Source: an uncultured bacterium
Lineage (GTDB): Bacteria; Bacillota_I; Bacilli_A; RF39; UBA660
Reading direction: 5' to 3'
Assembly: GCA_959020415.1 (NCBI GenBank)
Contig: CAUERX010000005.1
Location: 1-56,260 of the forward strand
DNA length: 56,260 nucleotides
How positions within the stretch are numbered: position 1 is the first letter of the stretch; every line of letters starts with the position of its first letter. Positions 17,916-26,519 of the stretch are shown piece by piece. A program made the translations under genes and the position numbers. The notes beneath the pieces were generated by a model that worked only from the letters and a program-made list of their open reading frames with translations, searched no databases and was not told where the DNA came from.

Positions 17916-19483
17916 ATGAAAAAATTTAAAGAATTGGAGCTCAAGGAAGAAGTCCTCAAAGTAATAGATGCTTTAGGTTATGAATTACCTAGTAAAATTC
18001 AAGAAGAAATTATTCCATTAATTATGGAAGGAAATGATGTAATCGGGAAAGTTCAGACCGGAACGGGTAAGACAATGGTGTTTACTGCTAGTGTTTTATC
18101 AAAAATTGATCCAGAAAACAAAAGTGTTCAGGTTTTAGTTTTAGCGCCAATTAGAGAGTTAGGTGTTCAAGTAAGTGAGGAATTTAATAAACTTAGTAAA
18201 TTTAATAAATTAAATGTTTTGGCAGTATATGGCGGGTTTAGTATTGAAAAATGAACGTTTTGAAAAAAGGTGTTCAAGTAGTAGTAGGAACGCCAGGGAG
18301 AATTATGGATCTTTTAATGCGTAAAACTTTAAAATTGGATAATTTGGATTATTTTATTTTAGATGAGGCTGATGAGATGCTTAATATGGGATTTATTGAT
18401 GATATTGAGTGCATTTTCATGCAAACTGGTGAAGAGAAGCAAGTATTATTATTCTCGGCAACAATGTTAAATCCAATAGAACGTTTAGCTTCACGTTATA
18501 TAAAAAAAGATTATAAATTTATTGAAATAAAAGAAAATAGCCGAACTTCAATTAATGTTGAGCAAAACTATTATTTGGTAAATAATAGAACTAGGGAAGA
18601 GGTAATGTACCGTGTTTTGGACGCCAATAGCTTTAAACTGGGAATTATTTTTTGCCAAACTAAAAAATAATGTGATGAATTATTAGGTGAGATGCAAGGA
18701 CGTGGTTATAGTGTTGAAGTTATGCATGGGGATATTTCTCAAAGCATGCGTAGTCAAACTTTAAGACGTTTTAAAGCTGGAGCATTTAATTATTTAATTG
18801 CAACTGATGTTGCTGCAAGGGGAATTCATGTTGATGATATCGATGTGGTAATTAATTATAATTTACCGCAAGATATTGAATCTTATATTCACCGAATTGG
18901 AAGAACGGGGAGAGCTGGTAATTCAGGATTATCTGTTTCTTTAGTTAATCTAAAGGAAGTTAGATTTTTGCAGGATGTCGAAAAAGTTGCTAAATGTCAG
19001 GTTATAAAAAAAGATTTACCAACTTTTGCTGAATTTTATGCAAATAAGTATGAGCAAATTAAAACTGAGGCTTTAGCGATGAAAGATGAACAATGTCTTA
19101 CCTATATAAAGGATATGGAAAAAGATGAATTAATAAAATTGGCTTCAGGATTATTAAAAATAACTTTTGACCGAGAAATAGGAGCTGATTTTAGTGTTGA
19201 TGTAACAGTTAAAACAAAACAGAAAAACTTCACTTCGAAAGACAAACCAAGAGTGTTTTTAACGATCGGGAAAATGGACAAACTTGAAAATGGTAGTTTA
19301 TTGGATTTACTAAAAAAAGAAACAAACATTGCTAAAGAAAACTTTAGTAATATTGAAATTTTAAATAAGTTTACTTTTTTAGATGTTGATAATAAAGTGA
19401 TAGATAAATTAAAAAAAGGTTTAAATAACAAAAAATTTCGTGGTCGTAAAATTAATGTAGAAATTGCCAATAAAGGAAGATAA
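17916..19483 (+). pseudogene. DEAD-box RNA helicase (CshA/DbpA-like) disrupted by one frameshift and one in-frame stop
   Basis: Three consecutive ORFs carry the motifs in order: Q-motif/motif I (TGTGKT); TPGR, DEAD, SAT; HGD..Q, ARGI, HRIGRTGRAG and a DbpA-like C-terminal RNA-binding domain. The frame shifts at the A5 run 18247-18251. There is an in-frame TAA at 18668-18670. Confidence 0.8.
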
Positions 19484-19593
19484 AATTGAAATTTAGTTTA
19501 TTAATTGAACTAAGTTTTTTAATTATTAAATATCTAGTTTTTTCGACAAAATAACAACTTAACTAACATGTACAATGGAGTTTAGGTGATAGT

Positions 19594-20058
19594 ATGAAAA
19601 AATATCTTTTTCCAGTAGTGGCAAGTTTAATTATAGGAACTTTAATGGCCTATTTTTTGATTAGTGGGTACGATCATACTGAAGGAATTACTGTTTCTAA
19701 GAATGCAGAAACCATTTATTATGTTCAAAGAGGAGTATATTCTAGTAAAGAAAATATGCAGGATAATATGGAAGAATTTGAACATTACATTTATAATGTT
19801 GAGGATAATATGTACTATACTTATATCGGAATTTCAACAAATAAAAAAAATGCAGAGAAAATACAAGGATATTATAAAGAAAAAGGGTATGATACATATA
19901 TAAAGGAAAAGATTACAGATAATGCTGGATTTTTAACAGTTTTAGGGCAGTATGATGATTTGCTTTCTAAAACTAAAGATGGAGGAACCATAAATGCTAT
20001 TTGTAATCAGGTTTTAGCGAAGTATGAGGAGATGGTTAACGATGAATATCAGAATTAA
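19594..20058 (+). CDS. membrane-anchored SPOR-domain-like protein
   Basis: N-terminal TM helix. YYVQRGVYSSKENMQ...YYTYIG...NAEKIQ resembles a SPOR repeat. Confidence 0.5.
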   Translation: MKKYLFPVVASLIIGTLMAYFLISGYDHTEGITVSKNAETIYYVQRGVYSSKENMQDNMEEFEHYIYNVEDNMYYTYIGISTNKKNAEKIQGYYKEKGYDTYIKEKITDNAGFLTVLGQYDDLLSKTKDGGTINAICNQVLAKYEEMVNDEYQN

Positions 20059-20722
20059 AGAGTTGCCTATTAATGAAAGACCGAGGGAAAGATTAATTAA
20101 TAAAGGGGTTAGTAGTTTAAGTGATGAAGAGCTATTGTCAATAGTTTTAAAAACGGGGACAAAGGATATGTCGGCTAAAGTATTAGCGTCTAAACTATTA
20201 AAAGAAATTGGACATATTCAAAATTTAAAACATATTACTTATCATGAACTCATAAATATTAAGGGAATTGGGGCAGCAAAAGCTTGCCTTGTTTTAGCGA
20301 TAATTGAGCTTAGCCGAAGAGTTAGTGTTAAACAGGATAAAATCATTGATATAAAGATAAAATCGCCTGAGGTGGTATATGAATATTATAAAAGTATTGT
20401 TAGTTCATCGCAGGAAAATTTTTACTGCTTGTATCTCGATTCTGGTAAAAAGGTTTTGAAAGAAAAGTTATTATTTGTTGGAACAGTTAATCATAGTATG
20501 ATCCATCCAAGGGATATATTTAAAGAAGCTTATTTACTTAATGCAACGGCTGTAATTTGTGTGCATAATCATCCTAGTGGTGATGTGAGACCAAGTATTG
20601 AAGATATTAATGTAACACAAAGGTTAAATCAAATTGGGATATTAATGGGAATTAAGTTAGTTGACCATGTTATTATTGGAGAAAACAAATACTATAGTTT
20701 TTTAGAAAATGGTAAAATTTAG
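20042..20722 (+). CDS. radC: RadC-family JAMM protein
   Basis: MNIRIKELPINERPRERL N-terminus, HhH region, HNHPSG motif. Confidence 0.88.
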   Translation: MNIRIKELPINERPRERLINKGVSSLSDEELLSIVLKTGTKDMSAKVLASKLLKEIGHIQNLKHITYHELINIKGIGAAKACLVLAIIELSRRVSVKQDKIIDIKIKSPEVVYEYYKSIVSSSQENFYCLYLDSGKKVLKEKLLFVGTVNHSMIHPRDIFKEAYLLNATAVICVHNHPSGDVRPSIEDINVTQRLNQIGILMGIKLVDHVIIGENKYYSFLENGKI

Positions 20723-20769
20723 TTGGTTTTTCTCCTAAAATATATTATAATTTTATATAGGTGATAAAA

Positions 20770-21618
20770 ATGTACAAGAAAAAGGAATTTGAAAAACGAT
20801 ACTTATTAATTATTATTATAGTTGCCATAGCAATATTGCTGGTGGTACTTTCAGTTGCTTTAAAAAAGGATCGTAATTTAAATCCTGTCGAGAAAATTGT
20901 TAAAGATAGTGGTACATTTGTTATCAACGTTATTTCAGCGCCGGTTAATTTTATTAAAGATAAAATTAGAGAGGGCCGTGAAAAAAATGACATATATGAG
21001 AAATATAAGGAACTTAAATCTAAAGAAGAACAAATAGATAGTGTAGTTGCGGCTAATGATAATTTAAAAGATGAAGTTAGTAAACTTAAAAAGACGCTAG
21101 ATTTGAATACGGTATTAAGTGATAAGGTTTACAAAAATGCAACGGTTATTAATCGTAATATTGATTATTGGTATGATGAAGTTACAATTGATAAAGGCAA
21201 AGTTGATGGAATTAAGAAAAATATGGCGGTTATCAATAATGATGGTTTAATTGGAAAAGTCTCAACAGTTAGTAATCATGTAAGTACGGTTAAATTGTTA
21301 GCTAATGAAAATATGAGTGATAAAATAAGTGTTAAAATAAAGGTTAAAGATAGTTATGTTTACGGACTTATTTCAAAATACAGTTCAAAGAACAATACAT
21401 ATACTGTTGAAGGTATTAGTGAAAATATTGATATTCCAAAAGGTGCAGATGTTGTAACAACTGGAATGGGTGATACCTTTCCTAGTGGTTTATTAGTTGG
21501 TCATGTAACAAAGGTGACAACAGATAACTTTGATTTATCAAAGGTTGCTTTAGTTGAGGCTTCAGTTGACTTTAATAATATTGATTATGTTTCTGTATTG
21601 AAAAGGAAAGATAGCTAA
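20770..21618 (+). CDS. mreC: rod shape-determining protein MreC
   Basis: TM helix, coiled coil and beta-barrel domains (VINNDGLIGKV, VVTTGMGDTFPSGLLVG). Confidence 0.88.
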   Translation: MYKKKEFEKRYLLIIIIVAIAILLVVLSVALKKDRNLNPVEKIVKDSGTFVINVISAPVNFIKDKIREGREKNDIYEKYKELKSKEEQIDSVVAANDNLKDEVSKLKKTLDLNTVLSDKVYKNATVINRNIDYWYDEVTIDKGKVDGIKKNMAVINNDGLIGKVSTVSNHVSTVKLLANENMSDKISVKIKVKDSYVYGLISKYSSKNNTYTVEGISENIDIPKGADVVTTGMGDTFPSGLLVGHVTKVTTDNFDLSKVALVEASVDFNNIDYVSVLKRKDS

Positions 21619-22109
21619 TGGTATTAGTAGTGATTATTGTGTCTTTTATTTTAGACAGCGTTATGTCAAATTTTATTTCTTTAAATAGTTTTTTTACACC
21701 ATTATTTACTTTAATGTCTCTTATTATTGTATATCCTTACTTTAAGGGTAATCAAGCTAGATTTTTTGGAACTTGCTTTTTAACAGGTGTATTTTATGAT
21801 TTAATATACTCTGATACAATTGTGATTCATGGATTTTTATTTTTAATGATTGGATTTATTATTACAAGGATTAATTTAGTTTTGGCTAATAATTATTTAA
21901 ATGTAATGATTATGGCAATAATATGTATTATATTTTATCGGTTTGTAGCATATGGATTATTATTAATTACAGCTAATGTGTCGTTTCATTGGGTAGCAGT
22001 TTTGAAAAGTATTTATCATTCATTAATTGCGAATGTGATATATGTTGCTTTAGCTTATATAGTGACTGATAAAATAAGTTTAAAATTTAAAATTCATAAG
22101 TCTAATTAA
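21618..22109 (+). CDS. mreD: rod shape-determining protein MreD
   Basis: Polytopic 163-aa protein. Start overlaps the mreC stop (TAATG). Confidence 0.7.
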   Translation: MVLVVIIVSFILDSVMSNFISLNSFFTPLFTLMSLIIVYPYFKGNQARFFGTCFLTGVFYDLIYSDTIVIHGFLFLMIGFIITRINLVLANNYLNVMIMAIICIIFYRFVAYGLLLITANVSFHWVAVLKSIYHSLIANVIYVALAYIVTDKISLKFKIHKSN

Positions 22110-22236
22110 GCTTTTTAAAGCTTTTTTCTTGCTTAAATGTGATTATTGTGATAGAATATGCTCTATGCAGAAGTAATATAATATATAGACATTTTCATTT
22201 TGATAATGGTATTTTATATTGGAGGGTGATTTTATT

Positions 22237-22905
22237 ATGCAAGATGAAGCTAGAAAACAAAGAATTGAGCAAAATTTAAAAGAGTTAGAAGAACAAATTA
22301 GAAATATTGAAGAACAAAAAAGAGTAAATATGGTCGAAGCAGCAGTGGCTTTAAAAAGAAAACGTCAGTTCGAGGTAAGAATTGCGGAACTTACAGAGGA
22401 ACTTAGACTTTCTAAAAGGGATATTCAATTACACATATATGCTGAAAAACGTGATGAGTTAATTCAAAGGCTTGGCAAAAAAGGTGTTAACTATGGTGAG
22501 TATTTAGAAAAATGGAATGAATTTAATATGTTATCTGAAGAATATTTGCCATTAATAGACTATATCCTTCAATATGTCCCTGATGATAGACGAGGGGTAA
22601 TTCATCGTCTTGTTTTAGGAATTGAAAAAGTCAATGATGAAGAAGCTATGTTTAGGGAAAGTGTTGGAATTACACAAGGTGAGGAAGAGTTACGCTCTTT
22701 AATTCCATTAAAAAAAGAAGCCCAAGCAGAATATGAAAGCTATAGTTGGTTGGCTAGAAATTGTCAAAGTTTAATTGATTCAAAGCAAAGCGCTATCGAC
22801 GAACTAAAAGGATTTTATTTAGAAGAGACTACTGGACAAGAGGAAATCACTAACAAGCAAAAATCGATAGGTGTTATGCCAACTAGTCTAAAAGATAATC
22901 AATAA
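22237..22905 (+). CDS. coiled-coil protein, unknown function
   Basis: GGAGGG RBS. N-terminal heptad-rich, charged sequence. No TM helix. Occupies the position of minCD in Bacillus. Confidence 0.5.
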   Translation: MQDEARKQRIEQNLKELEEQIRNIEEQKRVNMVEAAVALKRKRQFEVRIAELTEELRLSKRDIQLHIYAEKRDELIQRLGKKGVNYGEYLEKWNEFNMLSEEYLPLIDYILQYVPDDRRGVIHRLVLGIEKVNDEEAMFRESVGITQGEEELRSLIPLKKEAQAEYESYSWLARNCQSLIDSKQSAIDELKGFYLEETTGQEEITNKQKSIGVMPTSLKDNQ

Positions 22906-22961
22906 TTATTAAAGGAGTTCTAAAAACTCTTTTTTTCTATATATTTTAATAGGTGATAATT

Positions 22962-23525
22962 ATGGCAAAAAAAGTCAAAGTAAAACCATCGCGTTTTTCT
23001 AGAATTAGTAGTAAGCTTTTGGTATTTGTTGTTATATTATTAGTATTTTTAATTTCACTTAAGAGTAACGCAGATCTTAGAGATTTTGTATACAAAAAAG
23101 TATTTCAAAATAATATGAGTTTTGCCAAAATCAACGAAGTTTATAAAAAGTATTTTGGTTCTTCTTTACCACTGGCAGATAATGCAACGGAAACTACTGA
23201 ACTTGTTTCGGCAAATAAACTTGAATACAGTGATAGTAGCAAGTATAAAGATGGGGTTAAATTGACTGTTAAAGACGGATATTTAGTTCCATCAATGGAT
23301 AGTGGATTAATTATTTTTGCTGGTAAAAAAGATGATTATGGTAATACAGTAATTGTTCAAAGACCTGATAACGTTGAAGTTTGGTATGCTAATTTGAAAA
23401 CAATTGGTGTTAGTTTATATGACTACATTAAAAAAGGTGAAAACATCGGTGAAACTGATGGCACAAGTTTATATATGGTCTTTACTAAAGAAGGGAAAAC
23501 TTTAGACTATCAAAAATATATTTAA
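22962..23525 (+). CDS. membrane-anchored degenerate LytM/M23 domain protein (SpoIVFA-like)
   Basis: One TM helix. C-terminal G.L...DSGLIIFAG...YGNTVIVQ..DN.E..YANL...V..YD.IKKGE.IG is M23-like, with the catalytic His positions replaced. Lies upstream of an M50 protease, as spoIVFA does. Confidence 0.6.
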   Translation: MAKKVKVKPSRFSRISSKLLVFVVILLVFLISLKSNADLRDFVYKKVFQNNMSFAKINEVYKKYFGSSLPLADNATETTELVSANKLEYSDSSKYKDGVKLTVKDGYLVPSMDSGLIIFAGKKDDYGNTVIVQRPDNVEVWYANLKTIGVSLYDYIKKGENIGETDGTSLYMVFTKEGKTLDYQKYI

Positions 23526-23589
23526 AATTCATTTATTTTATTATGTCGCAGCCTTTGTCAGCGTTTTTACGGGTAATTTCAAAGGCTTT

Positions 23590-24255
23590 TTGATTTTTAC
23601 AGTAATTACCCTTATTCACGAGTGTGGGCACGTAGTGGCGGCATTATATTATAAATGGAGGATAGAAAAAGTGATATTGCTACCATTTGGGGCACTAACG
23701 CTTTTTCATGAGAAAATAAATAGACCATTGAAGGAAGAATTTATTATTTTAATTATGGGACCTTTAGTTCAAATAGCTTTTGTATATTTATATTTGCGCT
23801 TTGATTATAATGAATTTATTTTAAATTATAGTAATTTAATTTTATTTTTTAATTTACTGCCAATATATCCATTGGATGGTTCTAAACTTTTAAATATTGT
23901 TTTAAATAAAATTACAAGTTTTAAGAGAAGTCATTTATTAACAATTTATATTTCACTTTTAACGGTTGCCTTTTTGCTTTTAAATGTTAAATTTAATTTA
24001 ATTTTTACGCTTATTTTATTTTTTGTAGTTATTAAAGTTATCGATGAATATAAAAATCATGATAGTTTATTTAATAAGTTTTTGTTAGAACGCTATACTA
24101 ATAATTTTAATTTTAAAAAACGAAAAATTATTAAAGGAAGAAAGGTTTCGAAAATGAAACGTGATTATCAGCATATATTTTATAATGAGGGGAAATATAC
24201 AACTGAAAAGGAAATTCTTCGTAAAAGGTTTGACTTTACTAGGAAAATGTGGTAA
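23590..24255 (+). CDS. M50 site-2 metalloprotease (SpoIVFB-like); the true N-terminus probably lies upstream of the first canonical start
   Basis: HECGH (HExxH) in a TM helix and NLLPIYPLDGSKL (NxxPxxxLDG). The frame is open back to 23506 and encodes a further conserved-looking TM segment. Confidence 0.75.
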   Translation: MIFTVITLIHECGHVVAALYYKWRIEKVILLPFGALTLFHEKINRPLKEEFIILIMGPLVQIAFVYLYLRFDYNEFILNYSNLILFFNLLPIYPLDGSKLLNIVLNKITSFKRSHLLTIYISLLTVAFLLLNVKFNLIFTLILFFVVIKVIDEYKNHDSLFNKFLLERYTNNFNFKKRKIIKGRKVSKMKRDYQHIFYNEGKYTTEKEILRKRFDFTRKMW

Positions 24256-24363
24256 AATTTCTAATTGTGTAGAGCTTCCTCTACAACCGCGCAGAGAAGG
24301 TTATAAAAATACATCAGTATTTACCTTAATGGCGAGTCTTAGATTCTAAAAGGAGGTTATGAA
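24256..24363 (+). ncRNA. possible L21 (rplU) leader
   Basis: 108-nt untranslated region upstream of rplU-prp-rpmA containing the hairpin GTAGAG-cttc-CTCTAC. Firmicutes are known to carry an L21 leader at this position. I have not verified identity to it. Confidence 0.3.
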
Positions 24364-24666
24364 ATGAAAGCAGTTTTTGAAACTGGAGGAAAACAGTATT
24401 ACGCTAGTGAGGGTACAGTTCTTTATGTTGAAAAGTTAGATGCAGCTGCCGGAGATACTATTACTTTTGATAATGTATTAATGGTAAATGGTCACAGTGG
24501 TATGCCTTACGTTAAAGGTGCTAAAGTAGAAGCTAAAGTTATTAAACAAGGCAAAGCTAAAAAGATCGTTGTATTTAAGTTTAAAGCAAAGAAAAAATAT
24601 CGTCGTACTCAAGGACACCGCCAACCATATACTAAGGTTGAAGTTACTAAAATTATTGAGAAATAA
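24364..24666 (+). CDS. rplU: 50S ribosomal protein L21
   Basis: FETGGKQY...V.KL and a basic C-terminus. Confidence 0.96.
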   Translation: MKAVFETGGKQYYASEGTVLYVEKLDAAAGDTITFDNVLMVNGHSGMPYVKGAKVEAKVIKQGKAKKIVVFKFKAKKKYRRTQGHRQPYTKVEVTKIIEK

Positions 24667-24962
24667 TGATTAAAGTTAGAATTAATAAAAACCATATTGA
24701 AATAAGTGGTCATTCGATGTATGACGAGGCAGGAAGAGATATAGTCTGTGCTTCAGCTTCGAGCATTGTGATAACAAGTGTTAATGCGATTTTAAGCTTT
24801 GATAAGGAAGCGCTTAAATACGAAGAAAAAAATGGATATATCAAAATTGATATTTTAAAAAACAATAAAGAGACTGAGACACTTATTTTAAATATGATTA
24901 CACTTTTAAAAGAGTTAGAAGAACAATATAAAAAAAATATTAAAATATACAAGGAGGTGTAG
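24666..24962 (+). CDS. prp: ribosomal-processing cysteine protease Prp (YsxB)
   Basis: GHS....AG.DIVCASASS motif. Sits between rplU and rpmA. Confidence 0.88.
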   Translation: MIKVRINKNHIEISGHSMYDEAGRDIVCASASSIVITSVNAILSFDKEALKYEEKNGYIKIDILKNNKETETLILNMITLLKELEEQYKKNIKIYKEV

Positions 24963-24965
24963 TTC

Positions 24966-25250
24966 ATGCCAATGTTAAAGTTAAATATCCAATTATTTGC
25001 CCACAAAAAAGGACAAGGTTCAACTAAAAATGGACGTGATTCAGAATCAAAGAGATTAGGCGCTAAAGCTGCTGACGGACAATTTGTTACTGGTGGTTCT
25101 ATTATTTATCGTCAAAGAGGAACTAAAATTTATCCAGGCAATAATGTTGGAATCGGTAAAGATGATACGATTTTTGCAAAAATCGATGGAGTTGTTAAAT
25201 TTGAACGTGTCGGAAGGGATAAAAAACAAGCTAGTGTTTATCCTAAATAA
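24966..25250 (+). CDS. rpmA: 50S ribosomal protein L27 with N-terminal Prp-cleaved extension
   Basis: [26 protein letters not shown]. Confidence 0.96.
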   Translation: MPMLKLNIQLFAHKKGQGSTKNGRDSESKRLGAKAADGQFVTGGSIIYRQRGTKIYPGNNVGIGKDDTIFAKIDGVVKFERVGRDKKQASVYPK

Positions 25251-25311
25251 GAGAACTTTGGTTCTTTTTTTTAATTTTAAAAATAATATTTATTAGTAGA
25301 GTGTAAAAGTA

Positions 25312-25340
25312 TTGTAATTTTTTAATTTTTATGTTATATT
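25312..25340 (+). promoter_or_regulatory. extended -10 sigma-A-type promoter for micro-ORF unit
   Basis: TTGTAA, 17 nt spacer, TATATT, with TG at -15/-14. Confidence 0.5.
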
Positions 25341-25419
25341 TAGAATGTAAAGTCGTGAGGATTTGCAGCTCGATGGTGCAGCATAATAAAAGAAGTAAAA
25401 AGGGAGAGGAGGAATAAAT

Positions 25420-25449
25420 ATGTTAAAGTGGTTAAGAAAATTCTTCTAG
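25420..25449 (+). CDS. 9-codon micro-ORF MLKWLRKFF
   Basis: Very strong SD GGGAGAGGAGG lies 7 nt upstream of the ATG. The unit has its own promoter and terminator. Translation is not demonstrated. Confidence 0.35.
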   Translation: MLKWLRKFF

Positions 25450-25507
25450 AAATATAATAGATATACGACGTCTTTAAAAAATTTTATCTATTATAATATA
25501 TAAAATT

Positions 25508-25532
25508 AGCTCTAGAATAACTAGAGCTTTTT
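25508..25532 (+). terminator. Rho-independent terminator of micro-ORF unit
   Basis: AGCTCTAG-aataa-CTAGAGCT plus TTTT. Confidence 0.75.
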
Positions 25533-25576
25533 GTTGTCAAAAAATGTACATCTTTGTTTAAAATATATCACTTTTC

Positions 25577-25605
25577 TTGCGTTCTATGTTTTATGTTGCT
25601 ATAAT
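25577..25605 (+). promoter_or_regulatory. sigma-A-type promoter for CPBP operon
   Basis: TTGCGT, 17 nt spacer, TATAAT, preceded by TGc. Confidence 0.5.
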
Positions 25606-25628
25606 TGCATTAGAAAGTAGGGAATTTT

Positions 25629-26300
25629 ATGGGGTTATTCAAAGAAAAGTCTTTATTAAAAACTATGATTATAATTATAGTATTTTTTACTTATAATATC
25701 ATTATTAGTACATTAATGGCTACTTTAGGGATAACAGATAAAGCATTGCTGATGTTTGTACCTGATTTAGTATTTTTAATAGTTGTTTTGATTTTATACG
25801 GGAAGACTATCAAGGAAGATTTTAAAAAGTTTCATGCAACGCATAAAATTGGTAAAAGACTGGTAATTATATTAAGTGGTTTTGTAATTTTGTTTGTTGT
25901 TAATATTGGGGTAGGTATGATTTTAGATCTTATATTTCCAAATGTAACGGTTGATGAAAATACAACGACTTTATATTCTTTAGATACGATATATACAATA
26001 TTTAAGGTATTAATATTTTCGGTAATTGCTGAAGAATTAGTATTTAGAAAATCAATTGGTGAAGTTGTTGATAATAAAATTGCTTTTGTTATTATAAGTA
26101 GTTTAATTTATTCATTAACTAATATTTTATATTCTGATTTAACTAGTTTATCTGTTTGGGTTAATGCTATTAGTTATTTTGCTATTTATTTGACCTTGTC
26201 AATAATTTATGTTAAAAACAAAGATAACATTTATCCAGTAATGGTTATGAAATTTTTACTTAATTTAATTCCGGTGGCTATTTTATTATCAGGTGTTTAG
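25629..26300 (+). CDS. CPBP (CAAX/Abi) family intramembrane metalloprotease
   Basis: Polytopic membrane protein. The EELVFRK motif (EExxxR) lies in a TM helix. Confidence 0.7.
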   Translation: MGLFKEKSLLKTMIIIIVFFTYNIIISTLMATLGITDKALLMFVPDLVFLIVVLILYGKTIKEDFKKFHATHKIGKRLVIILSGFVILFVVNIGVGMILDLIFPNVTVDENTTTLYSLDTIYTIFKVLIFSVIAEELVFRKSIGEVVDNKIAFVIISSLIYSLTNILYSDLTSLSVWVNAISYFAIYLTLSIIYVKNKDNIYPVMVMKFLLNLIPVAILLSGV

Positions 26301-26301
26301 G

Positions 26302-26472
26302 ATGGATAGATGTATTAATGTTTTAGCAGTAGTACAAACTAAATCGGCTGATTTTCTAGCCGTAGTTCAACAGCCATCGGTTGGACTAAAAAATGCAAAT
26401 AATTTAATAATTGTAATTGTTATTATAATTGTTATTTTATTAGCGGCAACGTTATTTAAACGTAGAAAGTAA
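26302..26472 (+). CDS. 56-aa tail-anchored small protein (below the ORF-track cutoff)
   Basis: ATG lies 1 nt after the CPBP stop, with AGGTG 6 nt upstream. MDRCINVLAVVQTKSADFLAVVQQPSVGLKNANN plus the C-terminal TM helix LIIVIVIIIVILLAATLF and KRRK. Followed by the terminator GGGAAG-ctt-CTTCCC-TTTTT. Confidence 0.4.
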   Translation: MDRCINVLAVVQTKSADFLAVVQQPSVGLKNANNLIIVIVIIIVILLAATLFKRRK

Positions 26473-26519
26473 GGGGGGAAGCTTCTTCCCTTTTTAGCTA
26501 TTTTGATGAGGATGATATT

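Noticed and set aside
18247-18670. Considered an alternative genetic code (TGA=Trp) or programmed recoding to explain the interrupted DEAD-box gene.
   Set aside because: TGA and TAA end many well-conserved genes in the window at the expected positions, for example the murG/murB ATGA overlap and the ends of ftsY and ftsZ. The first lesion is a frame change, not a readable stop. No stimulatory structure is evident.
24161-24349. ORF 24161..24349 (62 aa), which overlaps the end of the M50 protease gene and the rplU leader. ORF 25084..25296 inside rpmA is a similar case.
   Set aside because: Both are out-of-frame overlaps of conserved genes and leader sequence, with no RBS.
25251-25419. Checked whether the leader of the micro-ORF unit could be a known riboswitch or r-protein leader downstream of rpmA.
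   Set aside because: I recognised no conserved riboswitch core (preQ1, SAM, T-box, glmS, guanidine etc.) by eye. This does not replace an Rfam scan, which is listed as a check in the finding.
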